In this document: positions 1 to 9,580 of the stretch, piece after piece
Layout of the letters: each line of letters starts with the position of its first letter
Numbering within the stretch: the first letter of the stretch is position 1
Source: Rhynchopus sp. YZ270_cl-10
Taxonomy: Eukaryota
NCBI GenBank assembly: GCA_964035575.1
Contig: OZ037841.1
Coordinates: 1,860,001 to 1,884,251 of the forward strand
Direction of reading: 5' to 3'
Length of the DNA stretch: 24,251 nt
Position numbers and translations under genes: made by a program
The notes under the pieces: model-generated
Database searches by the model: none
The model's input: the letters and a program-made list of their open reading frames with translations, nothing else
Told to the model about the DNA's origin: nothing

Positions 1-173
1 AGGTACACAGGTACACAGGTACACAGGTACACAGGTACACAGGTACACAGGTACACAGGTACACAGGTACACAGGTACACAGGTACACAGGTACACAGGT
101 ACACAGGTACACAGGTACACAGGTACACAGGTACACAGGTACACAGGTACAGGTACACAGGTACACAGGTACA
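1..173. repeat. Octamer tandem array (AGGTACAC)n, about 21.5 units, truncated by the window start
   Basis: Read directly; one shortened 6-nt unit (AGGTAC) at 145-150; ends ...AGGTACA|TAATCTG. Confidence 0.98.
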
Positions 174-250
174 TAATCTGTGGTGGTCAAAAGTGCAAAA
201 TCCACACGTTCTATCTTGTGCATCCCAGCTTGAACGACTCTTTGCCGCTT

Positions 251-288
251 CACAGCTGGTCTGTGAATGTGTTCACAGACCAGCTGTG
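251..288. repeat. Perfect inverted repeat, 17-bp stem, 4-nt loop
   Basis: CACAGCTGGTCTGTGAA-TGTG-TTCACAGACCAGCTGTG. Confidence 0.95.
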
Positions 289-589
289 GAAATCACCTCC
301 AGCTTTGAGGGACTCAGGGCTGTGTGACGCTGCTGATTTCGACACGTTGCCGAAGCAGCGATCGCGCTTGGTGTGGTTTTGTGTATCCCAAAAGGAGTCA
401 TCACTCAAAGCATTTTGACTAAACGTCTGAACGTTCTGAACCTGGAATCGATAGCAGACAGGAACAAGAGGATGGGCAGGCAGCGCCTGCCCGACCTGTG
501 TGAAGTGAATCAGTGATTGCCTGACAGATGTCTGGGTAACCGTGTATTCTGTGTGGGTATCCATGTCCGGAGTATATCCCATTGTCCCC

Positions 590-1085
590 TTACATTGTGA
601 TTTACGTGTAACTTTTTTTACATGTTAGCCACATGTCATTTGACATGTAAAGTGACATGTGCCACAGGTGAAATGACCTGTTAAGTACATGTCATTTTTA
701 GGGGGCACATAACATTTACTTCACCGTCGTGTAGGGTCCGCGCGGGGTACCCCGGGGTTTGGGGAGCACACGGCGGTGAAGTAAGTTACATTACATGGAA
801 TGTTACATGTGAAAAACCGTTACGTAAATGACATGTAACTTCACATGTAATGTAACAGTTACATGTATTAGTACATGTGATCATGTTACATGTGTCGATA
901 TGTAAAAAACCCATCCACCATAATTTTCACAACGATTTTTGAGGATATTTTTGGTCTCACCAGAAATCACCGCCGAAAGCTGCCCAGAACCACCCCCAAA
1001 ACCATTGTACCACTACCTGATTTCGCCACCTGTACCACATTGTAACAAAAGTTACATGTAATACCACATGTACCACCCGTTACTT
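590..1085. repeat. Region rich in short palindromic motifs (ACATGT, TACATGTA, TTACGTAA) with a central inverted repeat
   Basis: Many ACATGT/GTTACATGT motifs; arms TTACTTCACCGTCGTGT (716-732) and ACACGGCGGTGAAGTAA (768-784) pair at 16/17 and enclose the palindrome CGGGGTACCCCG (743-754). Confidence 0.75.
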
Positions 1086-1514
1086 CGTGTACCCTGAGGG
1101 TCCGTATGGGCCACTGTGTGTCTGTGTGTGTGCCCCACCAAAAAATCGCTAAGGGCCGTTAAAAAATGACCCTCCCCTATGGCAACGACCTGTCAGCGAC
1201 CTGTCAATATCGGCCCCTCCTGGAGCACCAACCTTAGTTTTTTAGTCTTTACTATAGAGATGTGCGCCACCCACCCACACACCACCCACACACACACACC
1301 CTCACCAGCCCCAGAGGGGATTTGACCAAAAAATCGATTTTTTTAAATAAATAGTTGCTCATCAAAAAGTGAATTTTTTGGGTTTAACGTGTTGTTTGGG
1401 GGTATTGAGGCCCAAAAAAAAATTTTTTTTCAGTCGTGTTCAGAAAATGGACTGCCAAATCACATGTGGCATTCGGCCAAAAATCAGCTTTTTTGGTCAT
1501 TTTTACCTTGTAAA

Positions 1515-1615
1515 ACATGACACTTGTGGCATGCTTCCCAGCACAGGAAAGTGCATTGAAAAACCTGAAAAAACACAAGTAATATGTGATGGTCAAAAGT
1601 GCAAGATTCCTTCGT
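1515..1615 (-). repeat. Diverged, inverted fragments related to the 3.8-kb element and its 349-bp satellite
   Basis: Reverse complement CCTGTGCTGGGAAGCATGCCACAAGTGTCA resembles CTTGTGCTGGGAAGCCTGTCATCAATGTCA (about 6475-6504); reverse complement CGAAGGAATCTTGCACTTTTGACCA resembles satellite CGAAGGAATTTTGTACTTTTGAGCA. Boundaries approximate. Confidence 0.7.
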
Positions 1616-2122
1616 TAATGAACTTTTTGAGTTACCAGTTATAACTGGGGAATATGGTCAGATCACTCTTTTGACCATCTGGCGTTTACCACAAAAACAC
1701 CACTTTTTAACAGGCCACTTTTCACCTGAAAAGCCAGTTCAATGAAGGCACAAGTGAAGTTTTTTTGTACACGTTACCGTGAGCGGGCGCGCGAAGCGCG
1801 CACGCGAACGCCCTGTGGGAAGCGAATAGCGGACCACCTGACCAGTGCGTGAGGTGCTTACAAAAAAAACCACCTGTAAAAAAAGTGTGGTCCTCATCAC
1901 GTTTCCATGAAAGTGTCACACAAGAACGACAGGTTTTTTAGCCCGTCACCAAATCATCTATCGTTTGAAAGACATGATGTGTCCTGCACTCAGCTTTCAG
2001 GTTTCAAATACAAAAAGCGAATATTATTTGCTCCTTATCGCTGGTACTACTGCTTTTCTATCCAGACCTATTATTGGATTCTGCCATACTCTGGTGAATG
2101 CACCTCATCCCCTCACCATGGA

Positions 2123-2273
2123 CTCGTAATGACATTACGCGCGTCATGACGAGGTAATTACGAGTGCCTTGACGAGGGCACCCCCTCGTAATTACGAGGG
2201 GGTGCCCTCGTCATGACGAGGTAATTACGAGGGCACCCCCTCGTAATTACCTCGTCATGACGTCGTCATGACG
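2123..2273. repeat. Cluster of nested palindromes built from CTCGTCATGACGAG, CTCGTAATTACGAG and GAGGGCACCCCCTC
   Basis: Perfect 44-bp palindrome 2170-2213; 25-bp perfect stem 2209-2233/2238-2262 with CACC loop. Confidence 0.95.
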
Positions 2274-2278
2274 TGGGC

Positions 2279-2458
2279 ACCCAGGTACCCAGGTACCCAG
2301 GTACCCAGGTACCCAGGTACCCAGGTACCCAGGTACCCAGGTACCCAGGTACCCAGGTACCCAGGTACCCAGGTACCCAGGTACCCAGGTACCCAGGTAC
2401 CCAGGTACCCAGGTACCCAGGTACCCAGGTACCCAGGTACCCAGGTACCCAGGTACCC
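2279..2458. repeat. Octamer tandem array (AGGTACCC)n, about 22.5 perfect units
   Basis: Read directly; source of the spurious PRYPGTQV/GTWVPGYL ORFs. Confidence 0.98.
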
Positions 2459-2767
2459 CCAATGACATAACGAAGTATCGCTTGAAAGTACCTTTCAATA
2501 TACCTTGCTTGGGTGTGCATGAAGTAGCACACACAAGGTATATCAAACGATAAATCAATCAGATAAAACGTTACATCATCGGAAAATTGTTGGCACCGCC
2601 GCCCTGTCTTCGTATTTATTACGTCGACAGGCCAAACAGCGTTGGGCTCAGAAGAAGCAGTGCAAGACACTGGGGATCAACATGAGAACCAACTCCCAAC
2701 AACACAGGCTACCGAAGTAGCAGGTGGGGTGTTGCGGGTGTTTGGGGTGAGAAAATCGATTTTGGTA

Positions 2768-3035
2768 AGTTACAGCAGAAAATTCTTAAGTTTGCACTAG
2801 TCGAGAAGGGTTACCACTGCTCACCGAGCGGTGCACCCATTTAAGGGTGGAGAAGCGTGACACGCACATACAAGTATGCACATTACTTCAACAAAGGCTG
2901 AATTCTGGTAATTCTAAGGGATGTGAATTACAGCCACCACATGGTTGTCATTAGGCTACTACCTTCGTCGTAGACGTATACAAAGGTTTCGCCCCCTTCT
3001 CTTTCATGCAAACTTAAGAAAATCCTGAAGTAACT
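2768..3035. mobile_element. Possible MITE-like element with imperfect terminal inverted repeats of about 28 bp
   Basis: GTTACAGCAGAAAATTCTTAAGTTTGCA (2769-2796) versus TGCAAACTTAAGAAAATCCTGAAGTAAC (3007-3034): 23/28 complementary with a 14-bp perfect core; no clear TSD. Confidence 0.4.
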
Positions 3036-3400
3036 ACAACCTGGCGTGCGGGTACAGATGCATTGCTTTGTTCTTTCCTCAAAGTCATGTGTGATCTCTC
3101 GGGTCTGTACTAAAGTCAGTGTTTAGATAAGCATCCACTTGACTCGTTCTAACAACCGTTGAAATCTAGAACAAAACAACACACTGCCCCTTCTCACACC
3201 AAGCCGCCATGCTTCAAGAGCATGCCCTGGGCAAAAATTACTGTGACAAAAATTAGTTTCCTGGGGGAACGCAATATTTTCTTGTGCCTAGTCCTCCGCA
3301 AGAGCAGAGGACAGACTTTCCGGATCCCGAAGTCGAATTTCTTGCACTAGCTATGCTCCCTGGGTTAAATGGCTATAGCAGTGACTGACAAAGAGTTTCC

Positions 3401-3600
3401 NNNNNNNNNNNNNNNNNNNNNNNNNNNNNNNNNNNNNNNNNNNNNNNNNNNNNNNNNNNNNNNNNNNNNNNNNNNNNNNNNNNNNNNNNNNNNNNNNNNN
3501 NNNNNNNNNNNNNNNNNNNNNNNNNNNNNNNNNNNNNNNNNNNNNNNNNNNNNNNNNNNNNNNNNNNNNNNNNNNNNNNNNNNNNNNNNNNNNNNNNNNN
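3401..3600. other. Scaffolding gap (200 N)
   Basis: Run of exactly 200 N; true size and relative orientation of the two contigs are unknown. Confidence 0.99.
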
Positions 3601-5031
3601 ATATGATGTTTGACCCAAGTTGTCCAGAGGAGGCACGATCCATATGGAGTGCACGCCAAATTAGAAGCCTGAAGGATCTCACGAAAAATGAGCACGACCT
3701 GATGGAGGAGCTTGAGGAGGAACTTTCCGACTGTAATTTTGAGCAGGACCTTGCTTTAGAGGTGGAAGAACTTTCCGGTGCTTTGCTTGAAGAATCACGC
3801 TTCCTTTTGGAAAACTTCTCCAGCATCCTGGAACAGAAAAAAGATGAGCTATCCAAAAAGCTACAAAGCAAGGGGATCAGGAATATTTTCACCTATAAGC
3901 ACAAAGGGGCTGCGCTTCCGGAGGAGGTTGACGACAACACAGAAAAACACTCCTGTGGAAGGATGGATCGGCGGTGTAAGCATTGTGCTGCGTTGCTTTT
4001 TCCTGGAGAGACATCAAGAATATGCTGCACTGGTATCACTGCCTCAGATCAAAATCCTCAACGAAGAGCATCTTTCCCTCCTCAAGGACAAACAATACAA
4101 AAAATTCGCAATGATTCTCAATGCGCACTTCGCCATGGTTGAGGGCAAAATGCGCCGTGACAGCCGTGTGCCAAATACAGGAATAGCCGCAGTGTCAGTA
4201 GAAGGGAGGGGAATGAAGAAGTACACTTTTTCAGACACTGATGTTGCAGAGTCGTGGTTTGCTGATCCTAATAACCACAAAAGCATGACTGGTGAAATCC
4301 TCCCAGAAAACCTGAGGCAACTTGCTGAAATATGTCATATTCTGCTGGGAAACAATGCATTTGCTTCCCAATTTAAAACAATTGCCCAGCAGTATAAGGG
4401 GAAGGAGGATGAGCTGAAAAAGCTTAAAATCGACTTCAACGAAGTGCTGAAAAGCAAGACTGGCACTGAATACACCACCGATGAGGCAAAGGGGGCTGTT
4501 AAGCTGTTCTACACCATCAATGAAGACGCACCTGCAGAGCGCAGATTTACAGTCTACCCCTTATTTACGTCAGCTGATAATAACAGGGGGAAGGATGCCA
4601 AGTGGAACTCACCAGTCATCATCGATGACTTTAACCAGCTCTATGAGCTATTGGCATACCCATTGCAATTTTTGTATCCCACCGAGCATGATGGATTCCG
4701 ACTCAAAATGCCTCACAGAATTGTAGTTCCAGCTGCCGCAACTGCTGACAGTGATGATGAAGATTCAGATTCTACAAACCAAAACAGAAATGAAAATAAT
4801 ACAAATGGTGAAGAAAATGACGACAACATGCAGGATGATGACATGAAGAAAGAAGATTTAAAAAATAGAACCCTACCTGCACACGACGAAAATATGGACG
4901 AAGACGTGCACGAAGAAACTGTAGAAGAATGCGACGGTGCAGAAGCAGACAACGCTCAGGACGCAATGCTAGAGGTTCTAAGAAACGCTAATAACCTTGA
5001 AGACACAACACCCTCTTCAACATTCGTTATT
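3601..5031 (+). pseudogene. Helitron Rep/helicase (RepHel) N-terminal fragment, frameshifted at about 4032 and 3'-truncated by the octamer array
   Basis: Recognised by eye, no search run. GRMDRRCKHCAALLFPGETSRICC fits the Helitron GxMxxxCxxCxAxxFxxE...CC Zn-finger-like motif and continues in another frame as VSLPQ (canonical CCxxGxVxLP). Then LNAHFAM (YNxxFxM-like), VSVEGR (FxIxGQ-like) and YELLAYPLQF...DGF (YDxLxYPLxF...GxxGW-like). An acidic D/E/N tract follows at about 4750-4960. HUH and PIF1 helicase domains are absent. Confidence 0.8.
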
Positions 5032-5740
5032 CCGCAAACCCGCAAACCCGCAAACCCGCAAACCCGCAAACCCGTAAACCCGCAAACCCGCAAACCCGCA
5101 AACCCGCAAACCCGCAAACCCGCAAACCCGCAAACCCGCAAACCCGCAAACCCGCAAACCCGCAAACCCGCAAACCCGCAAACCCGCAAACCCGCAAACC
5201 CGCAAACCCGTAAACCCGCAAACCCGCAAACCCGCAAACCCGCAAACCCGCAAACCCGCAAACCCGCAAACCCGCAAACCCGCAAACCCGCAAACCCGCA
5301 AACCCGCAAACCCGCAAACCCGCAAACCCGCAAACCCGCAAACCCGCAAACCCGCAAACCCGCAAACCCGCAAACCCGCAAACCCGCAAACCCGCAAACC
5401 CGCAAACCCGCAAACCCGCAAACCCGCAAACCCGCAAACCCGCAAACCCGCAAACCCGCAAACCCGCAAACCCGCAAACCCGCAAACCCGCAAACCCGCA
5501 AACCCGCAAACCCGCAAACCCGCAAACCCGCAAACCCGCAAACCCGCAAACCCGCAAACCCGCAAACCCGCAAACCCGCAAACCCGCAAACCCGCAAACC
5601 CGCAAACCCGCAAACCCGCAAACCCGCAAACCCGCAAACCCGCAAACCCGCAAACCCGCAAACCCGCAAACCCGCAAACCCGCAAACCCGCAAACCCGCA
5701 AACCCGCAAACCCGCAAACCCGTAAACCCGCAAACCCGCA
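5032..5740. repeat. (AAACCCGC)n array block 1, about 88 units
   Basis: Read directly; AAACCCGT variants at 5075, 5211, 5723. Confidence 0.98.
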
Positions 5741-5745
5741 CTAGA

Positions 5746-6235
5746 AGAAAGCTCGCTAAAATGTGGCAGGATGGTGTGGTTGTGAGGTATATGGCTCCGC
5801 CGCGAATTAATGTTGAAAAGAGTAGTATCATTCAGCAAATGCAGAAATGATGTGCCTATTCATTCATAGAAAACCTGAAATGACACGGAAAAGTCGAAAA
5901 AATGAGGGAGGATGTAGTTTTGAGGCACGTTGCTACGCCGCGAATTATTGATACATGCTGCTGACATGACTGATACAGTAAAAGATTATCAGAAAAGGTC
6001 ACTGAAATGTAGCAGGATTTACCCACTGAATATTTGGACAAAAACTGCTAAATTTAGCAGTTTAGCAGTGTGTTTAAGGAAGGATATTTTGCTCCGCCGC
6101 TAATATTGACACATAAGAGACTGTGGTTGTTAAGCTGTTTGGATCCGCCGCAAAATTACTCACAGGGATAAGAAAGCTCGCCAACATGTAGCAAGCTTGT
6201 CTGGTTGTGGTGTGGTTGCTCCGCCGCTATTAATT
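5746..6235. repeat. Degenerate short repeats containing GCTCCGCCGC (also about 11359-11848 in copy 2)
   Basis: GCTCCGCCGC-like motifs at 5794, 5932, 6091, 6142, 6218; AGAAAGCTCGCnAAnATGTnGCA at 5746 and 6171. Confidence 0.7.
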
Positions 6236-6529
6236 TTTCAGGTTTGCATGACTATAAGAAAGTTTGCACAGTTTGCACAATGTTATTTACTATCATCTCC
6301 GGGGAAGACTGCTACCAGTGTCAAAATAATGGTACTTGTGTGCTTGGCTATTTTCCACACATCTTAACGTAAGGAAGGCACGTTTATTTTGAGACTTCCC
6401 ATGTTTGACAAAGTTGTGTGGCAAGCGATAATCGTTGTGCTTCCAATGAACAACGACACTGTTCTAAATACTGACTTGTGCTGGGAAGCCTGTCATCAAT
6501 GTCAAAAATATGGTGGTTTTCTGTTTTCT

Positions 6530-8937
6530 AAAATCATGTAAAAACTGATACATGCATTTTAAGTCAAAAATACCCATTTCTCAGTGCAAATTGACCCCAC
6601 CACAGCACGCACAGACTCCAGAGACCCAAAATCAAAATTTTTTTTTTTTGATTTTTTGTAGGCAAAAATTGCTTGGAAAATTTTTTGGTCAAAAATCCTG
6701 GTTTTTGGGGTATCATACATGTGTATGACCAATTTTCAGGTGGCCAAAAGTGGTGTCTGACCCCCATGTCCAGGTTATGGAAATGTCCTATGAAGCCATT
6801 GCGAAGGAATTTGGTACTTTTGAGCATTGCACATTATGTACTGACCAAAAAACCCACACAATACCCCAAAAACACCAAAAAACATGTAAAAACTGAAACA
6901 TGAATTTTAGGTCAAAAATACCCATTTCTCAGCGCAAATTGACCCCATCACAGCACACACAGACTCCGGAGAGCCAAAATCAAAAATTTTTTTTTTCGAT
7001 TTTTTGTAGGCAAAAATTGCTGGGAAAAATTTTTTGGTCAAAATCCTGGTTTTTGGGGTCTCATACGTGTGTATGACCAAATTTTAGCTGCTCTAATGTG
7101 GTGTCTGACCCCCATGTTCAGGTTATGGAAATGTCCTATGAAGCGATTGTCGAAGGAATTTTGTACTTTTGAGCATTGCACATTATGTACTGACCAAAAA
7201 ACCCACCTAAAACCCCCAAAACACCAAAAATCATGTAAAAACTGATACATGCATTTTAGGTCAAAAATACCCATTTCTCAGCGCAAATTGACCCCATCAC
7301 AGCACACACAGACTCCGGAGAGCCAAAATCAAAAATTTTTTTTTTCGATTTTTTGTAGGCAAAAATTGCTGGGAAAAATTTTTTGGTCAAAATCCTGGTT
7401 TTTGGGGTCTCATACGTGTGTATGACCAAATTTTAGCTGCTCTAATGTGGTGTCTGACCCCCATGTTCAGGTTATGGAAATGTCCTATGAAGCGATTGTC
7501 GAAGGAATTTTGTACTTTTGAGCATTGCACATTATGTACTGACCAAAAAACCCACCTAAAACCCCCAAAACACCAAAAATCATGTAAAAACTGATACATG
7601 CATTTTAGGTCAAAAATACCCATTTCTCAGCGCAAATTGACCCCATCACAGCACACACAGACTCCGGAGAGCCAAAATCAAAAATTTTTTTTTTCGATTT
7701 TTTGTAGGCAAAAATTGCTGGGAAAAATTTTTTGGTCAAAATCCTGGTTTTTGGGGTCTCATACGTGTGTATGACCAAATTTTAGCTGCTCTAATGTGGT
7801 GTCTGACCCCCATGTTCAGGTTATGGAAATGTCCTATGAAGCTATTGTCGAAGGAATTTTGTACTTTTGAGCATTGCACATTATGTACTGACCAAAAAAC
7901 CCACCTAAAACCCTCAAAACACCAAAAATCATGTAAAAACTGATACATGCATTTTAGGTCAAAAATACCCATTTCTCAGCGCAAATTGACCCCACCACAG
8001 CACACACAGACTCCGGAGACCCAAAATCAAAAATATTTTTTTTCGATTTTTTGTAGGCAAAAATTGCTGGGAAAAATTTTTTGGTCAAAATCCTGGTTTT
8101 TGGGGTCTCACACATGTGTATTACCAAATTTTAGGTGGTCAAAAGTTGAGTCTGACCCCCATGTCCAGGTTATGGAAATGTCCTATGAAGCGATTGTCGA
8201 AGGAATTTTGTACTTTTGAGCATCAGAAATTAGGTACTGACCAAAAAACCCACCTAAAACCCCAAAAACACCAAAAATCATGTAAAAACTGATACATGCA
8301 TTTTAGGTCAAAAATACCCATTTCTCAGCGCAAATTGACCCCATCACAGCACACACAGACTCCGGAGAGCCAAAATCAAAAATTTTTTTTTTCGATTTTT
8401 TGTAGGCAAAAATTGCTGGGAAAAATTTTTTGGTCAAAATCCTGGTTTTTGGGGTCTCATACGTGTGTATGACCAAATTTTAGCTGCTCTAATGTGGTGT
8501 CTGACCCCCATGTTCAGGTTATGGAAATGTCCTATGAAGCGATTGTCGAAGGAATTTTGTACTTTTGAGCATTGCACATTATGTACTGACCAAAAAACCC
8601 ACCTAAAACCCCAAAAACACCAAAAATCATGTAAAAACTGATACATGCATTTTAGGTCAAAAATACCCATTTCTCAGCGCAAATTGACCCCATCACTGCA
8701 CGCACAGACTCCGGAGAGCCAAAATCAAAAATTTTTTTTTTCGATTTTTTGTAGGCAAAAATTGCTGGGAAAAATTTTTTGGTCAAAATCCTGGTTTTTG
8801 GGGTCTCATACATGTGTATGACCAAATTTTAGGTGGTCAAAAGTGGAGTCTGACCCCCATGTCCAGGTTATGGAAATGTCATATGAAGCCATTGCTGAAG
8901 GAATTTTGCACTTTTGCGCATCAACAATTATGTACTG
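6530..8937. repeat. 349-bp tandem satellite, about 7 units (last one partial), rich in A/T tracts
   Basis: Period from recurring ORF offsets 7038/7387/7736/8434; unit start AAAATCATGTAAAAACTGATACATGC. Confidence 0.95.
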
Positions 8938-9548
8938 GGCATTTTTCCCACACAAATTTGACCCAGTACTCAAGGTCAATTTGACCTTGGTTCTTCTCTC
9001 AGGGTCTTCTGACCAATTTTTAACATGTCTAAAATGGTATCTGACCCCCATGTCCAGGTCATAAAAACGCCCAATCAGTCCATTAAAGCCACAGATTTGA
9101 TGTTTTGAGTAGTTGTGGTTAAATGTGGCCCAATTTTCCCAGCCAAAAAATGACCCCAAAAATCACGAAAAAAAATATTTTAAAGCCGATACACTTACAC
9201 ACCTAAATTTGGCCCAATATGTCCAATCTGGTCCTCCAGGGTGGCAATGGCCTCATTTTATGGGCATACTGGCCATATTTCATACTTATGTCACATTTTG
9301 AAATTTTCGTCACATACAATACACACACCTTAGAACCACAAAATATCGTCAATTCCTTCACAAAAATAGCCGTGAAATGCCGCACCCATTTTAGGTATCT
9401 TCAGAAAATGCTAACATCCAAACCCAGTACATTACGTCGTTTTTGGGCCCCAATCTACCGGAGTGTATTATGAGAAATACTGGGACCACGCGATCCAGCA
9501 ATCCTGCAGCGTCGCCATTTTGTACCCCTCAAACCCGTAATAACTAGA

Positions 9549-9580
9549 AACCCGCAAACCCGCAAACCCACAAACCCGCA
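9549..9580. repeat. (AAACCCGC)n array block 2, 4 units with one AAACCCAC variant
   Basis: Read directly. Confidence 0.9.

Larger units (their letters stand above)
5741..9548 (-). mobile_element. 3808-bp non-coding element, copy 1; putative non-autonomous Helitron-family element with an internal tandem repeat
   Basis: Minus strand begins TCTAGTTATTACGGG and ends GCTTTCTTCTAG (TC...CTAG); removal restores AAACCCGCA|AACCCGC with no TSD; near-identical second copy at 11354-14812. No convincing subterminal hairpin seen. Confidence 0.6.

Noticed and set aside
218..582. 66-aa and 110-aa ORFs, and other short ORFs at 1369-2149 and 3159-3350
   Set aside because: No recognisable motifs; consistent with chance ORFs.
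2247..2670. GTWVPGYL/PRYPGTQV repeat ORFs
   Set aside because: Translation of the (AGGTACCC)n array.
3351..3892. ORFs spanning the N run
   Set aside because: The gap size is arbitrary; only the part after 3600 is interpretable.
3778..4032. First 85 aa of the 690-aa ORF as the true N-terminus
   Set aside because: The Helitron Zn-finger motif lies in the alternative frame; this stretch is off-frame upstream of the frameshift.
6564..9473. Short ORFs in the satellite and element body (also 12177-14737)
   Set aside because: No recognisable domains; they recur only because the DNA is repeated.
9489..9547. Plus-strand Helitron 3' end (weak GCGA...TCGC stem before CTAG)
   Set aside because: The stem is poor, CTAG is followed by A, and there is no TC at the other end; the minus-strand reading fits better.
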